From NCBI GenBank assembly GCA_951406725.2, contig OX597832.1, positions 55,490,001 through 55,554,000 of the forward strand: a stretch of 64,000 bases of DNA. Reading direction: 5' to 3'. The position numbers and the translations under genes were made by a program. This document shows, piece by piece, positions 1 through 14,104 of the stretch. The stretch is from Octopus vulgaris (lineage: Eukaryota). Numbering within the stretch: position 1 is the stretch's first letter; each line of letters starts with the position of its first letter. The notes under the pieces are model-generated. The model ran no database searches and had not been told where the DNA came from. It was given only the letters and a program-made list of their open reading frames with translations.

Positions 1-926
1 ACGAGAAGTCATAGTACCTAACAAATATTAAGAAAAAGAAGAAACAACAAAAGCTGAAAAAACAACTGGAATCTAAACTAAAACTGGAACAGCAATGGAT
101 CATGATAAAACGATGGCAAGAAAAGCCCCTTCATGGCAAATCCTGGGTTAAACTGAACAGAAAAAGAAATAGACAAAGCAAAATCCCAATAATGGCTAAG
201 AAGCTCAGGACTCAAAGCAGATATTGATGGGTTTTTAATTGCAGTACAAGATCAAAGCCTCCCCACCTGAAATAACCAAAACATATAATGAAAAGAAATA
301 CAAATTACTGCAGAATATGTGGAGAATATTGTCTCTGGTTGCCCAGTCCTGGCTAAGAAGGAATATATTCACAGACACGACAGAGTTGGGATCTATATAC
401 ACTGGAAACTATGCCAACACAATGGAATAACAACAGGAAAAAGATGGTATAGGAACACGCCAAAAAAATGTCACAGAAAATGAGAAAACAACCATGCTAT
501 GGGATATGTCAATACACACAGAGAAAATAAGACTAATAGGCCGGATATAGTAGTCAGAGATAATGAAGAAAAAATGCTTTCTAATCGATATATGAGTACC
601 AACAGATGACAATGTTTCTCTAACAGAAACGGAGAAACTTGCAAAATACAAAGACCTGGAAATAGAGATAACTCAAATGTGGAGTTCAAAAATAGAAACA
701 ATTCCTATTATAGTAGGCGTGTTAGGTATACACAACAAAAACACCAGGACTTACAAGTATATATAACATACAGAGAATAGCACTACTAGCCACCGCACAC
801 ATCCTACGTAAAACGCTTTTAATATAGTGAAAAGTAAGAGCATCACAACAAACCACAGCACATAGCCAAGGCACACAGAGCTGCGCTCGGTAGTGCAGTG
901 AAAGCACGGGACAAAATTAAAACTAC

Positions 927-927
<1 letters not shown>
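1..927 (+). mobile_element. R4/Dong-clade non-LTR retrotransposon, decayed 3' end (zinc knuckle + restriction-like endonuclease + 3' UTR)
   Basis: Frameshifted translation gives KPLHGK, WLRSSGLKA, FLIAVQDQSL, CRICG..SGCPVLAKKEYIHRHDRVG, LWDMSIHT, RPDIVVRDNEEKKCFLIDI (PD-D/E), KYKDLEIEI, IALLATAHILRK. Ends in AACTACT directly before (TAA)n, the known Dong target. Confidence 0.88.
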
Positions 928-1808
<881 letters not shown>

Positions 1809-2336
1809 GCCTCCTCTCCAGAACGGAATGAAGGTGATTATGCCGATGCAGTAGATATGCAGTAATGGGACAAAGCAGAAATTCTAAAAGAAGGAAAAAA
1901 AAAAAAAAAGAAACGAAAATGAATCTTTAAGAAATAAGATAATAAAAAATAATCAATTGGAAAACAAGATGGAGGAACGTAAAACGAAAGTACGACCCCT
2001 TTTTGTCTAAAAGCCCCCTTCGTCTCTCGTAAACAAATTCCCGGCACTCATAAGTTTCCAGCACCACTACTACCACCACACAACAACAACCATCTGCTTC
2101 ACCGAAATGTTTCTATGAATAGTATATAATTAGTGACAAATGTTACTGCGTTATTTTTAATTACACTTTATGTACACTTTATGAATGGCATGCGTGCGCA
2201 CATACATATTTGCATAATATATGGGTGGATGGATGGGTGGGTGGGGGGTGAGTACATTATGAATGCGGATCTATTGAATTGTATAAATGTATAAATAATA
2301 TGTTCCTTTGTCGTTTCATTAATTTCTTTTACACAC

Positions 2337-2760
2337 AGGCGCAGGAGTGGCTGTTTGGTAAGTAGCTTGCTAACCAACCACATGGTTCCGGGTTCAGTCC
2401 CACTGCGTGGCATCTTGGGCAAGCGTCTTCTGCTATAGCCCCGGGCCGACCAATGCCCTGTGAGTGGATTTGGTAGACGGAAACTGAAAGAAGCCTGTCG
2501 TATATATGTATATATATATGTATATGTGTGTGTGTGCCTGTATGTTTGTGTTTGTCCCCCTAGCATTGCTTGACAACCGATGCTGGTGTGTTTACGTCCC
2601 CGTCACTTAGCGGTTCGGCAAAAGAGACCGATAGAATAAGTACTGGGCTTACAAAGAATAAGTCCCGGGGTCGATTTGCTCGACTAAAGGCGGTGCTCCA
2701 GCATGGCCGCAGTCAAATGACTGAAACAAGTAAAAAGAGTAAAAAGAGTAAAAAAGAGTA
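2337..2760 (+). mobile_element. tRNA-derived CORE-type SINE (family A), full length
   Basis: Box A TGGCTGTTTGGT, box B GGTTCAGTCCC, CORE-like CTTGGGCAAG, internal TA/TG microsatellite, (AAAAGAGT)n tail; many copies in window. Confidence 0.9.
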
Positions 2761-2771
2761 TATACATATCT

Positions 2772-2946
2772 TTTGCTGGTTTCAGTCATTGGATTGCGGC
2801 CATGCTGGAGGCACCACTTTCAAGTATTTAGTTGAACAAATCAGTCCCAGTACTTATTTCCCAAGCCTGGTGCTTATTCTGTCAGTCACGTTTGCCAAAC
2901 TGCTATGTTATGGGGAACATGAATAAACCAACACCGTTTGTCAAGC
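2772..2946 (-). mobile_element. SINE family A, diverged 3' half
   Basis: Reverse complement of the family A tail (gtttcagtcattggattgcggccatgctggag). Confidence 0.7.
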
Positions 2947-2948
2947 AA

Positions 2949-3557
2949 TGAAAAGTTCCTGGCTTTGAGTAAAAGAAAATACAGGAGGATCAGAGTAAAT
3001 TACGATTTTATTCAACACTAGCAGTATCGCCCGGCGTTGCTCGGGTTTGTAAGGGAAATAACTATATAAGCATTTTTAGAGAGTTATAGCCAAAAAATAG
3101 CAAAAAAATGCATAAAAAATGGAAAAAAAATTATGGTAAATTTTTTTAAAAATCGTTGACTCATCGTAGACATTTTTAGAGAGTTACTTCCCTTATATAA
3201 TAGCGAAAAAAATGCATTAAAATGGAAAAAAATGATGGTAAATTTTTTTTTAAATCGTAGACTCATCGTAGACGCGCGCTAATACCCAGAAGGGCTCGAT
3301 ATGAATCACGACTATAAGATACCCGGTTTTAGTTAAACTGCACCGCAAAATGTGGGAGTAGTTAGGAATCTAAATCGTAGGAGACAGACATACAACCTTA
3401 CTTTTATATATAAAGATATTCCCTTCTCAGTTCACACACTTTTCGCAGCTGTACTTCAGTTTTTCTAAGCCCTGTAAAAGGCCTGGGAGGGTTGAGCCTC
3501 CAACCAGACGTTTCGTGATACCCTTAAAGCCAAGAACTTTTCCACACCCCCCTCGTA
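2949..3557. mobile_element. Mariner-derived MITE interrupted by a Helitron
   Basis: Left TGAAAAGTTCCTGGCTTT and right AAAGCCAAGAACTTTT..CCCTCGTA inverted ends; internal sequence matches the uninterrupted copy at 40855-41020. Confidence 0.75.
3018..3416 (-). mobile_element. Non-autonomous Helitron
   Basis: Minus strand starts TC(TTTATATA), ends with hairpin CCCGAGCAACGCCGGG then CGATACTG-CTAG; inserted between A and T with no TSD. Confidence 0.9.
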
Positions 3558-3705
3558 CATACATATATACACACATCATGTATATCTGCAGTTACACTAT
3601 CCAGATTACAAGTTCAGGTTTATACCTGTAATTATTGGAGCACTGCATATGCAGTTTTATATACATTCATATGTATGTGTATATCATAAATATTGTATAT
3701 ATATA

Positions 3706-4103
3706 CTAGCAGTATCGCCCGGCGTTGCTCGGGTTTGTAAGGGAAATAACTATATAAGCATTTTTAGAGAGTTATAGCCAAAAAATAGCAAAAAAATGCA
3801 TTAAAAGTGGAAAAAAAATTATGGTAAATTTTTTTTTAAATCGTTGACTCATCGTAGACATTTTTAGAGAGTTACTTCCCTTATATAATAGCGAAAAAAT
3901 GCATTAAAATGGAAAAAAATTATGGTAAATTATTTTTTAAATCGTAGACTCATCGTAGACGCGCGCTAATACCCAGAAGGGCTCGATATGAATCACGACT
4001 ATAAGATACCCGGTTTTGGTTAAACTGCACCGCAAAATGTGGGAGTAGTTAGGAATCTAAATCGTAGGAGACAGACAAACAACTTCACTTTTATATATAA
4101 AGA
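3706..4103 (-). mobile_element. Non-autonomous Helitron, near-identical to 3018-3416
   Basis: Same 5' TC, 3' hairpin + CTAG, A|T target. Confidence 0.9.
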
Positions 4104-4110
4104 TATCGAA

Positions 4111-4416
4111 TTTTTAAATTTTTTTACGACCAGGCTATCAGATGTTGCTACACATCGCTGGTCACAATGCGCTTCGCATTGTTTTATCCTTCAAATGACG
4201 CCATCCCGCTGGCTATGCGAGCAGGCCAACAGAAGAAGGAGTGAGAGAAAGTTGTGGCGAAAGAGTACAGCAGGGATCGCCACACGCCCTGCCGGAGCCT
4301 AGTGGAGCTTTAGGTGTTTTCGCTCAATAAACACTCACAACGCCCGATTTGGGAATCGAAACCGCAATTCTACGATCGCGAATCCGCTGCCCTAAACACT
4401 GGGCCATTGCGCCTCC
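4111..4416 (-). mobile_element. tRNA-derived SINE (head H1, tail T1)
   Basis: Minus strand GGAGGCGCAATGGCCCAGTG..GGTTTCGATTCCC pol III boxes; head shared with 61890-62077. Confidence 0.8.
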
Positions 4417-4442
4417 ACGTATATCGAATTATACATAGATAT

Positions 4443-4856
4443 TTACTCTTTTACTCTTTTACTTGTTTCAGTCATTTGACTGCGGCCAAGCTGGAGCACC
4501 GCCTTTAATCGAGCAACTCGTCCCCAGGACGTATTCTTTTGTAAGCCCAGTACTTGTTCTATCGGTCTCTTTTTGCCGAACCGCTAAGTAACGGGGACAT
4601 AAACACACCAGCATCGGTTGTCAAGCAATGCTAGGGGGACAAACACAGACACACAAACACACACACGCATATATATATATATACATATATACAACGGGCT
4701 TCTTTCAGTTTCCGTCTACCAAATCCACTCACAAGGCTTTGGTCGGCCCGAGGCTATAGTAGAAGACACTTGCCCAAGGTGCCACGCAGTGGGACTGAAC
4801 CCGGAACCATGTGGTTGGTAGACAAGCTACTTACCACACAGCCACTCCTGCTCCTA
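4443..4856 (-). mobile_element. SINE family A, full length
   Basis: Reverse complement match to 2337-2760. Confidence 0.9.
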
Positions 4857-5359
4857 TGATATATACAAGATTTACACAGATATAAGAGTTAGAACTTTTG
4901 ATCCTCCCGCGGACCTTTTTCTTTGGTAATTCTTGCCCGCCGCACTAAAATGTTTCCCGACCCCTTGCCTTAAAGCAATAACTAAGGAAAATTGCCCAGA
5001 TACACGTTCTGGAAGGAATATTAAATAGGAAAGTTGCTGTTAAGAAATCTTAGATATAAATTTGTATGGTACAAGGTATATGAAATAAGAAATGGTTTGC
5101 TGTTGTGGCAATCGATTATTTGGCTAATTGTGAACGCCATATTAAGTCAATTAAAGTGAAAATATTTACGATTATTTGATGTGCTATTGTATTTTAATTA
5201 TATCTTTAAATTCAATTACAGAGATATAGTTTCATAACAAGTGTTTTGATTTGTGATTGAGGGCTGAGACTAAAGCGATTGCAGCGTAGAAGACCATTCA
5301 GAAACAACACGAAAACCGTCAACTTCACTCAAACACGTGTGAAATTTGACTGGTGACTG

Positions 5360-5678
5360 CGTCGTCGTCGTCGTCTTCGTCTTCTTCTTCTTCTTCTTCT
5401 TCTTCTTCTTCTTCTTCTTCTTCTTCTTCTTCTTCCTCCTCCTCCTCCTCCTCTTACCCCTCCTCCTCCTCCTCCTCCTCCTCCTCCTCTTCTTCTTCTT
5501 CCTCCTCCTCCTCCTCCTCCTCTTCTTATTCTTCTTCCTCCTCCTTCCCCTCCTCTTCTTATTCTTCTTCCTCCTCCTTCCCCTCCTCTTCTTCTTCTCC
5601 TTCCTCCTCCTCCTCTTCTTCTTTTTCTTCTTCTTCTTCTTCTTCTTCTTCTTCTTCTTCTTCTTCTTCTTCTTCTTC
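5360..5678. repeat. Compound (TTC)n/(CTC)n microsatellite
   Basis: Directly visible; abuts the 3' end of the minus-strand Dong copy. Confidence 0.97.
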
Positions 5679-6163
5679 AGTAGTTGTATTTTTATCATGT
5701 GCTTTCACTGCACCACCGAGCGCAGCTCCGCGTGCCTTGGCTAATGTACTGCGGGTTGTTGTAGTGCTCTTATTTTCACTGTATTGAAAGTATCTTACGT
5801 AGGGTGTGTGCAGTGCCCAGTAGTGCTATTTTCTGTATGTTATTTAAACTTTTAAGTCCTGAGTTTTTGTTATGTATTTGTCTGAATATTTTTTTATCAT
5901 GCCTAATGCACCTATTATGATAGGAATTGTTTCTGCTTTTCGACTCCACATTCTAGTTGCCTCTATTTCCAGGTCTTTTTATTTTGAAAGTTTCTCCGTT
6001 GCTATTAGAGAAACGTTGTCATCTGTTGGTATTGATACATCGATTAGAAAGCATTTTTTTTCTTGATAATCTCTGATAGCTATATCCGGCATATTGGCCT
6101 TAATTTCTCTATATCTGTGTATTGGCATATCCCGGAGTATGGTCGCTTCTTCCCTTTCTGAGA
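5679..6163 (-). mobile_element. R4/Dong LINE, 5'-truncated 3' end
   Basis: Reverse complement homologous to ~480-927 (PDIAIRD..KCFLIDVSIPTDDNVSL, ALLGTAHTLRK, same 3' UTR ending AACTACT). Confidence 0.88.
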
Positions 6164-6229
6164 CGCTGAAAATGTGGAAAATTTGCGATAGGGTTGAAGC
6201 TGCTACGAATCAGTCTACATACAGAACTC

Positions 6230-6294
<65 letters not shown>

Positions 6295-6375
6295 GCACAC
6301 ACACGGCGGTACTCCAGCATGGCCGCAGTCGAATGGCTGAAACAAGTAAAAGAGTAAAAAAAGAGTAAGAGTATT

Positions 6376-6461
6376 CATACATACATACATACATACATAC
6401 ATACATACATACATACATACATACATGCATGCATGCATGCATGCATGCATGCATGCATACA

Positions 6462-6495
<34 letters not shown>

Positions 6496-7110
6496 CATAC
6501 ATACATACATACAAACATACATACATACATACAAACATACATACATACATACATACATACAAACATACATACATACATACATACATATATACATACATAC
6601 ATATATACAAACATACATACATACATACATACAAACATACATACATACATATATACAAACATACATACATACATACATACATACATACATACATACATAC
6701 ATACATACATACATACATGCATACATACACGCATACATACATGCATGCATACATACATACATACATGCATGCATACATACATACAAACATACATACATAC
6801 ATGCATGCATACATACACGCATACGTACATGCATGCATACATACACACATACATACATGCATGCATACATACATACAATCATACATACATACATACATAC
6901 ATACATACATACAAACATACATACATACATACATACATACATACATACATGCATGCATACGTACATACATACATACATGCATGCGTACAAACATACATAC
7001 ATACATACATACATACATACATACAAACATACATACATATATACATACATACATGCATGCATGCGTACATATATACATACATACACGCATGCATACATAC
7101 ATACATACAC
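6376..7110. repeat. ~730 bp (CATA)n/(CATG)n tetranucleotide array
   Basis: Directly visible. Confidence 0.98.
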
Positions 7111-8260
7111 GTTTAGATGATGTGCGCTGCCATCAAAATTTATTTAGTTGTTCGATCAACTGAACAACCTACGCTCCAAATTAGCGTCCAATGATCCATT
7201 TAAAATGACAAAAGAAAGGCTTCACACTTGTGACGTTTACTCTTTGCCATATGCAATAGCCACGTAAATGATATGAAATAGTTGTTAAACGGAAATTGAA
7301 ACTGATGTGTAGGACTCACTGGAATTTTATCGCCGTTCGCCAGTGCTGGCCATAGCGTAGGAAAAGATACACTATATTATAGGGGGCGCTGAGGTGGATT
7401 GGCTTAACGTCTGCACGTTATTGGTATTTATGTTTTTGTTCGATAAGAATAAAAAAAACCAATCATTCTCAAAATGGGTTTTACTAAACGCTGTCTCATT
7501 CATCACCACCGTTCTTGATATTGACAGAAATGAGATAATGTAGTGATCTGTGGAATCATGAGAAAAATTAACCGAAAAAAATATAAAAAATAAATAAAAA
7601 AGAACCAGTGGAGGTCATCGATTGCAAGATATCACAGTGCGTTCAATATGTCACAGAAAATTCAATATTCTGTTTAGACTGCATCCCGAGATTTGGGTCA
7701 ACCGTAGAAAAGATCCTTTACTGAATTCTGTAATATTTTAACACCCTTCCTCCGTTCCATTCGTTCGTGGTTGTCTAACATTATTAGTGACTATATTTCG
7801 ATTTGAAATAGTATCTGTGTGGTTATTTTGGAGAGAAGAGACAAGCGAGGAAGCTATAGAGTCTTAAAATATCTAGACAAAAAAATCTCATTGTTTTAAT
7901 ATTGATTTTGCCGTTAAGTATAACACCTGTATTTTATAAGAAAGATAGACATACAGATGGATAGATAGATAGACAGATAGATAGAGAGATTGATTGATAA
8001 ATGGATACATACATACGTTTATATGGAGAAAGAGTGCGAGAGAGAGATGGAGAGACTGTGTGTATGGTTGAGTGAAACGACCCACTTTTGTCAAATTCCG
8101 TGAGAGGGAAAATATGTCAACACAGAGTATTAAGTACTTATATGATATGCTGGAGCACAGTATTGCCATTCCATTCTATTGTGTAGGCCATGTTTTATTA
8201 CCTACAAGTATTTGTATTAAACTTTGGCACAAGGCTCGCACTTATTATTATCATTGCCAA

Positions 8261-9062
8261 GGTGGCAAACTGGCAGAAACGTTAGCACGCCGGGCAAAAT
8301 GCTTAGCGGTATTTCGTCTGTCGTTACGTTCTGAGTTCAAATTCGGCCGAGGTCGACTTTGCCTTTCATCCTTTCAGGGTCGATAAATTAAGTACCAGTT
8401 ACACACTGGGGTCGATGTAATCGACTTAATCCGTGTGTCTATCCTTGTTCGTCCCCTCTGTGTTTAGCCCCTTGTGGGTAGTAAAGAAATAAGAAACGTT
8501 ATCACGCAGGACGAAACGCATACTGGCATTTCGTCCGACTTTACGTTCTGAGTTCAAATTCCACCGAGGTCGGCTTTGTCTTTCATCCTTTCAAGGTCGA
8601 TAAAATAAGTACCAAGGACGCACTGGGGTCCACGTAGAAAGGATTATTGCTAAGACGGCCAGCTGGCAGAATCGTTAGCGTACCGGTCAAATGCTTAGCG
8701 GCATTTCATTCGTCTTCATGTTCTGAGTTCAAATTCCGATGTGGACAAATTTGCCTTTTATCTTTTGTTGGGATCGATAAAATGTGTACTAGCTGAGGAC
8801 TGGGTTCGTTGTAACCGGCTAGTTCTTCCTCCAAAATGCTTTGGCCTTGTGCCTATAGTAAAAAGACTCGTTAGTGCGTCGAACAAAAAGCATTGCAGCA
8901 TTTCTTTTGGTGCTTTACGTTTTGAGTTGAAATAGCGCGGAGGTCAACTTTGCCTTTCGTCCTAACGGGGTGCGATAAAATGATGTGCCACAGCCAATCA
9001 CTGGGGGTCGATGTAATCGATTAAGTCTTCTTCCCTTCTGGCCTTGTGCCTAAATTAGAAAT
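8261..9062 (+). mobile_element. Tandem cluster of tRNA-derived SINE family B (Meta-domain-like)
   Basis: Repeated unit GTTCTGAGTTCAAATTCCGCCGAGGTCGACTTTGCCTTTCATCCTTTCGGGGTCGATAAA..GTACCAG about four times; tail GGCCTTGTGCCTA. Meta-domain assignment is from memory of the consensus. Confidence 0.85.
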
Positions 9063-9069
9063 ATAGCCA

Positions 9070-9122
<53 letters not shown>

Positions 9123-9128
9123 CACCAT

Positions 9129-9179
<51 letters not shown>

Positions 9180-9353
9180 CGCCACCACCATCACCACCAT
9201 CACCACCATCACCACCACCACCACTACTACTACTACTACTACCACCACCACCACCACCACCACCACCATCACTACTACTACTACTACTACTAATGCTACT
9301 ACTATTACTGCTGCTACTACTACAGCAACTACCACCACCACCACCACCACCAT

Positions 9354-9406
<53 letters not shown>
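9070..9406. repeat. Compound (ACT)n/(ACC)n microsatellite
   Basis: Directly visible. Confidence 0.97.
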
Positions 9407-9407
<1 letters not shown>

Positions 9408-9746
9408 GGCTGTCATGGCTTCGGATTGGGTATAAAAGATGGGCTACAGCTAATACTCTGCTCAATGCCACAGATTTGCTTGTCAGTTGCTTGACCTTAA
9501 CCAGTTGAGCAAGTCCCTCGGTTGCTGATGATACGTGTATCTCATGACCATGTGCCAGAGTAGTAGTGGGAGTATCTACGCCATGTTTTGAGAGGGATTT
9601 CTATGGGGTTTGAATAATTCAAACCCCTGGAAACATGGGTGTTTCGTCCATCATCCTTATGTAACTCCCTACTCAGGAACCTTTTGAGCTGGTTGGGGCT
9701 ACTTGGCCAGAAGAAAACTCCAGCTGGGTCCGACCTATCATCAGTG

Positions 9747-10485
9747 AAGGTGCATGGCTTAGTGGCTAAGGTATTCAGCTCGCGATCGTGCGGTCGTGAG
9801 TTCAATTCTTGGCAGCGGGTTGTGTTCTTGACACAAAGTTTTTTTCACGTTGCTCCAGTTCCCTCAAGTGGCAAAAATGAGCAGTACCCGTATTTCAAGG
9901 GGCCAGCCTTGTCACGTTGTGTATCACGCTGAATACCCACGAGAACTACGTTAAGGGTACACGTGTCTGTGGAACACTCTCTTTTCTCTTTTTACTCTTT
10001 TACTCTTTTACTTGTTTCAGTCATTTGACTGCGGCCATGCTGGAGCACCGCCTTTAGTCGAGCAAATCGACCACGGGACTTATTCTTTGTAAGCCCAGTA
10101 CTTATTCTATCGGTCTCTTTTGCCGAACCGCTAAGTTACGAGGGCGTAAACACACCAGCATCGGTTGTCAAGCAATGCTAGGGGGACAAACACAGACACA
10201 CAAACATATACACATACATACATATATATACATATATACGACAGGCTTCTTTCAGTTTCTGTCTACCAAATCCACTCACAAGGCTTTGGTCGGCCTGAGG
10301 CTATAGCAGAAGACACTTGCCCAAGGTGCCACGCAGTGGGACTGAACCCGGAACCATGTGGTTGGTAGGCAAGCTACTTACCACTGAGCCACACTGAGTA
10401 TCTTGCACGTTAATTTCACGAACAGGCAGTTCTATTGACCGGATCAACTGGAGCGCTCGTCGTCGTAGCCGACGGATGGCAAGTT
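9747..10485 (+). mobile_element. tRNA-derived SINE (head H2, tail T2) split by a family A insertion
   Basis: Box A TGGCTTAGTGG, box B GAGTTCAATTC; head matches 14305-14420, tail matches 61797-61882. Confidence 0.72.
9981..10392 (-). mobile_element. SINE family A nested in the older SINE
   Basis: Reverse complement match to 2337-2760. Confidence 0.9.
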
Positions 10486-11374
10486 ATGACTTAACCAGGC
10501 TATGAGAATATATTTCCTATGATACATTGATTACACATATATGTCTGGTTTGTGTGTTTTTAGGTCAAATATATGAGTTAATGTGTCGGCACATTATGCG
10601 CGCTCACGGCCATTTTAAGTCGCTCGTTCAGCAGCTATCTAATATAACGCATTCGCAAGCCTCCACTCCAGCTGTTGTGACTTAAAACGTATCGTTGTAT
10701 GACAGTTTCCTCCAATCTCATTAGTTGATGAGTTTTCAGTTATCTTGCTGAACAAGAAGAAGAAGAAAAAAAATGTGAAGACAAGATCTAATTGGTTTTT
10801 GACAAGAATTTTGTAAATTTTTCAAGTTCAATTCGTTATCGGTTATTAAAATGAATTGTTATAATAAGGTATCTTCACGAACCAAAAATTGACTTTATTC
10901 CATTTTCCATTTGCTAGCTGGCCACGAAAAGGAAAAAAAACCATCAGACACGTCCGCACACACACACACACACGTAAACACACGCACACACACACGTACA
11001 CACGTACACACACGTACACACACGTACACACACGTACACAGTTACTCCCTCTTTTTCTCTCTCGTCCTCTCTGTTTCCCTTACACGCAGACGAAGAATAT
11101 GAACAGAAACATTAGGCTTTTTCATTCCTCGCAGCACTTGAAATAATCAAATTCTTCAGCAAAGTGTGCTACGCAATAATTATCGATTCACCATAAAATG
11201 ACCGTGGTTAATTACATCGCCGTAAATACAGTGATTGCAATTTCATTGAGTTACAATTTCATTGCAAGGTAATTACATTGCGAACCGATATCTCGTCAAT
11301 AAATTCACCGTCATACTTTTCGACCGCCGATTAAATACATCGTTAAACATTACTTAAAGTTAGGTTATTTTTTT

Positions 11375-11822
11375 GGATCTTTTCGGTTCGAACGGCAGTT
11401 TTTTAAAAATAATTTCCTCGTAACTAAACACTTTTAAACTTCGTATACTAGTAGAATGTTTTTATAAAACATCTTTTTCTCTTGGCTTTACTGAGAAAAT
11501 TCTATAGCTTGTAAGATATTTGTTGTTGTTTTTCTTTAATTTCTGCAATTTCAACCAATCAATGACGTCTATTGAGGTAAAAAAAACATTCTGTGCCGTA
11601 TGAATATGCCTCTCGTTTAAGAAACAAATTGGGTTCATTTACATTTGTGAAGAAAAAAAGATACCCTTCCCCCACCCCTAACCCTAACCCTAACCCTAAC
11701 TAACCCTAACCCTAACCCTAAAACAGATTGAAATGCAATAGATCGATACTAGGGTCATAATTATGGGTGACAATTTCATATGACACCGCTAGAAAAAACT
11801 GCCGTTCAAACTGAAAAGATCC
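11375..11822 (+). mobile_element. MULE-like MITE with internal (CCCTAA)n
   Basis: ~30 bp TIRs GGATCTTTTCGGTTCGAACGGCAGTTTTTT / AAAAAACTGCCGTTCAAACTGAAAAGATCC; 9-bp TSD TATTTTTTT on both sides. Confidence 0.85.
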
Positions 11823-12128
11823 TATTTTTTTTCCTATCCGCAAATTAAATACATCGTTTTTCATTAGATAAGACAGAAAAATTCTACGACCAGAAACTCC
11901 ATGAAAATATTTAAGTTTTGAGATTAAATAGTGATCGAAACATTATCATCGGGACAGAAATTCTACATCACATAAAAATCAAAACAAGACAAAAAAATCT
12001 GTTGATTAGTCTGAAATAAATTCCTCGGATATCACCCCACCCACTACATCTTTAAAAAAAAGGACGGTGTAGTCTTGAATATATTGTCTGATTACAAGAT
12101 CATGGGTGATCATGGTTGGACTGTCTTG

Positions 12129-12395
12129 ATCATCATCATCATCATCATCGTTTAACGTCCGCTTTCCATGCTAGCATGGGCTGGACGGTTCAACTGGGGT
12201 CTGGGAAGCCAGAAGGCCGCACCAGGCCCAGTCTGATCTGGCAGTGTTTCTACAGCTGGATGCCCTTCCTAATGCCAACCACTCCGTGAGTGTAGTGGGT
12301 GCTTTTTACGTGCCACCGGCGCAGGTGCCAGACGAGGCTGGCAACGGCCACGATCGGATGGTGCTTTTTACGTGCCACCGGCACGGACGTGCCAG
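12129..12395 (-). mobile_element. RTE-related retroposon 3' end with (ATG)n tail
   Basis: (CAT)n followed by gtttaacgtccgc..GGATGCCCTTCCT..GCCAACC, typical of RTE-mobilised elements; internal duplication GGTGCTTTTTACGTGCCACCGGC. Confidence 0.65.
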
Positions 12396-12739
12396 GGAAG
12401 GTATACTTTATCGATCAGTTTAGTTGAAATAGTTTAATTTCACTAACATGTCCAGAAATGTGTATTAATGACTTGTAGGCACACAGTGTTTCGTTATGCA
12501 ACCATAATATATACTACAAAATATAGTAAACGTTTTTATGTGTCAATACTGTTTTACGGTGTTAGCAGTGTTATTACATCACTTAAAAATGTCTCTACAA
12601 ATTTTCTGTAGAAATTATAGTCACCACTAATTTTATTACGAAACGTCGTAACGAAACCAATGATGACTATAATTTCTACAGAAAAATGCCGCTAAGCATT
12701 TCGCCCGGCGCTCTAACGTTTCTGTCAGCTAGTAATAAT

Positions 12740-12956
12740 AATCCTTTCTGCTATAGGCACAAAGCCTGAAATTTGGTGGGAGGGAGCCAATCGATTAGAT
12801 CGACCCCAGTACGCAACTGGTAAATTAAATTATCGACCCCGAAAGGATGAAAGGCAAAGTGAACCACGGCGTAATTTGAACTCAGAACGTATCGGCAGGC
12901 GAAATACCGCTAAGCATTTTGCCCGGGGCTATAACGTTTCTGTCAGCTCTCCGCCT
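12740..12956 (-). mobile_element. SINE family B monomer
   Basis: Reverse complement of the family B unit. Confidence 0.85.
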
Positions 12957-12964
12957 TAATAATG

Positions 12965-13045
<81 letters not shown>

Positions 13046-13221
13046 TAAATGCCAAATCTTCTTGGCATCCAATAACGCAACGGACCAAACAGCGTAGAAC
13101 AATTTCAAAGAAAACACAACTCACAGAAAGCTAACATCGAAGACATGTTATTCAATTGCCAGAGCCAAACTTGTTGGTTAAAATATATATATATATATAT
13201 ATATATATCTGTGTGTGTGTA

Positions 13222-13256
<35 letters not shown>

Positions 13257-13327
13257 GTATGTATGTGTATATATATATATATATGTGTATATATATATAT
13301 ATGTGTGTGTGTATATATATATATATG

Positions 13328-13464
<137 letters not shown>

Positions 13465-13841
13465 TTATAAACCAACGAGTTTGGTTACGTCACGTTTTGA
13501 AAATCAGCATCACAAGGATGGATGCTTTATTGATATAAACGTGCATTCCGTTGGTTTCGAAACTTGATTAGGCACAATTTTGAATTAAAGTCTTTCGCTT
13601 TTATCTTCTACCATACATTGTGATGGTGAGAAAAGACACGCGTCTTCTTGATCTATGCAGGAAGTTGCTGCTATTGTTCCTACGGAACAACGATGTTGCC
13701 AGCCACAGCTACTGCTGCTGCTGTTGCTCAGCTTATAACTTCACTTCTTCTCAGATGCGATACAAGAATCCTTCTCTAACATCATACGATTCCTTACAAA
13801 TTGCTTCTGAAATTTAGGAAGCTCTCTTTTCCATTTTCCCG

Positions 13842-13878
<37 letters not shown>

Positions 13879-13956
13879 CATTTATATATGTATGTATATA
13901 TACATACGTACATATATATATATATAGAGTACTTACATACATGCATACATACATAT

Positions 13957-14052
<96 letters not shown>

Positions 14053-14104
14053 CCACATAATGTCTATATATAACCTGAATATGTTGATATAAATAAGATA
14101 CATA

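Noticed and set aside
2337-2410. SINE heads as tRNA genes
   Set aside because: Only A/B boxes; no complete cloverleaf, and always followed by SINE body
8261-9062. Repeated units as a CRISPR-like array
   Set aside because: Units are SINE modules with conserved linkers, not unique spacers; eukaryotic context with no cas genes
11675-11722. (CCCTAA)n as a telomere or chromosome fusion scar
   Set aside because: Short and internal to a TIR-bounded MITE that has a second copy nearby
12240-12262. miR-34-like TGGCAGTGT
   Set aside because: Lies within a retroposon tail and diverges after the seed
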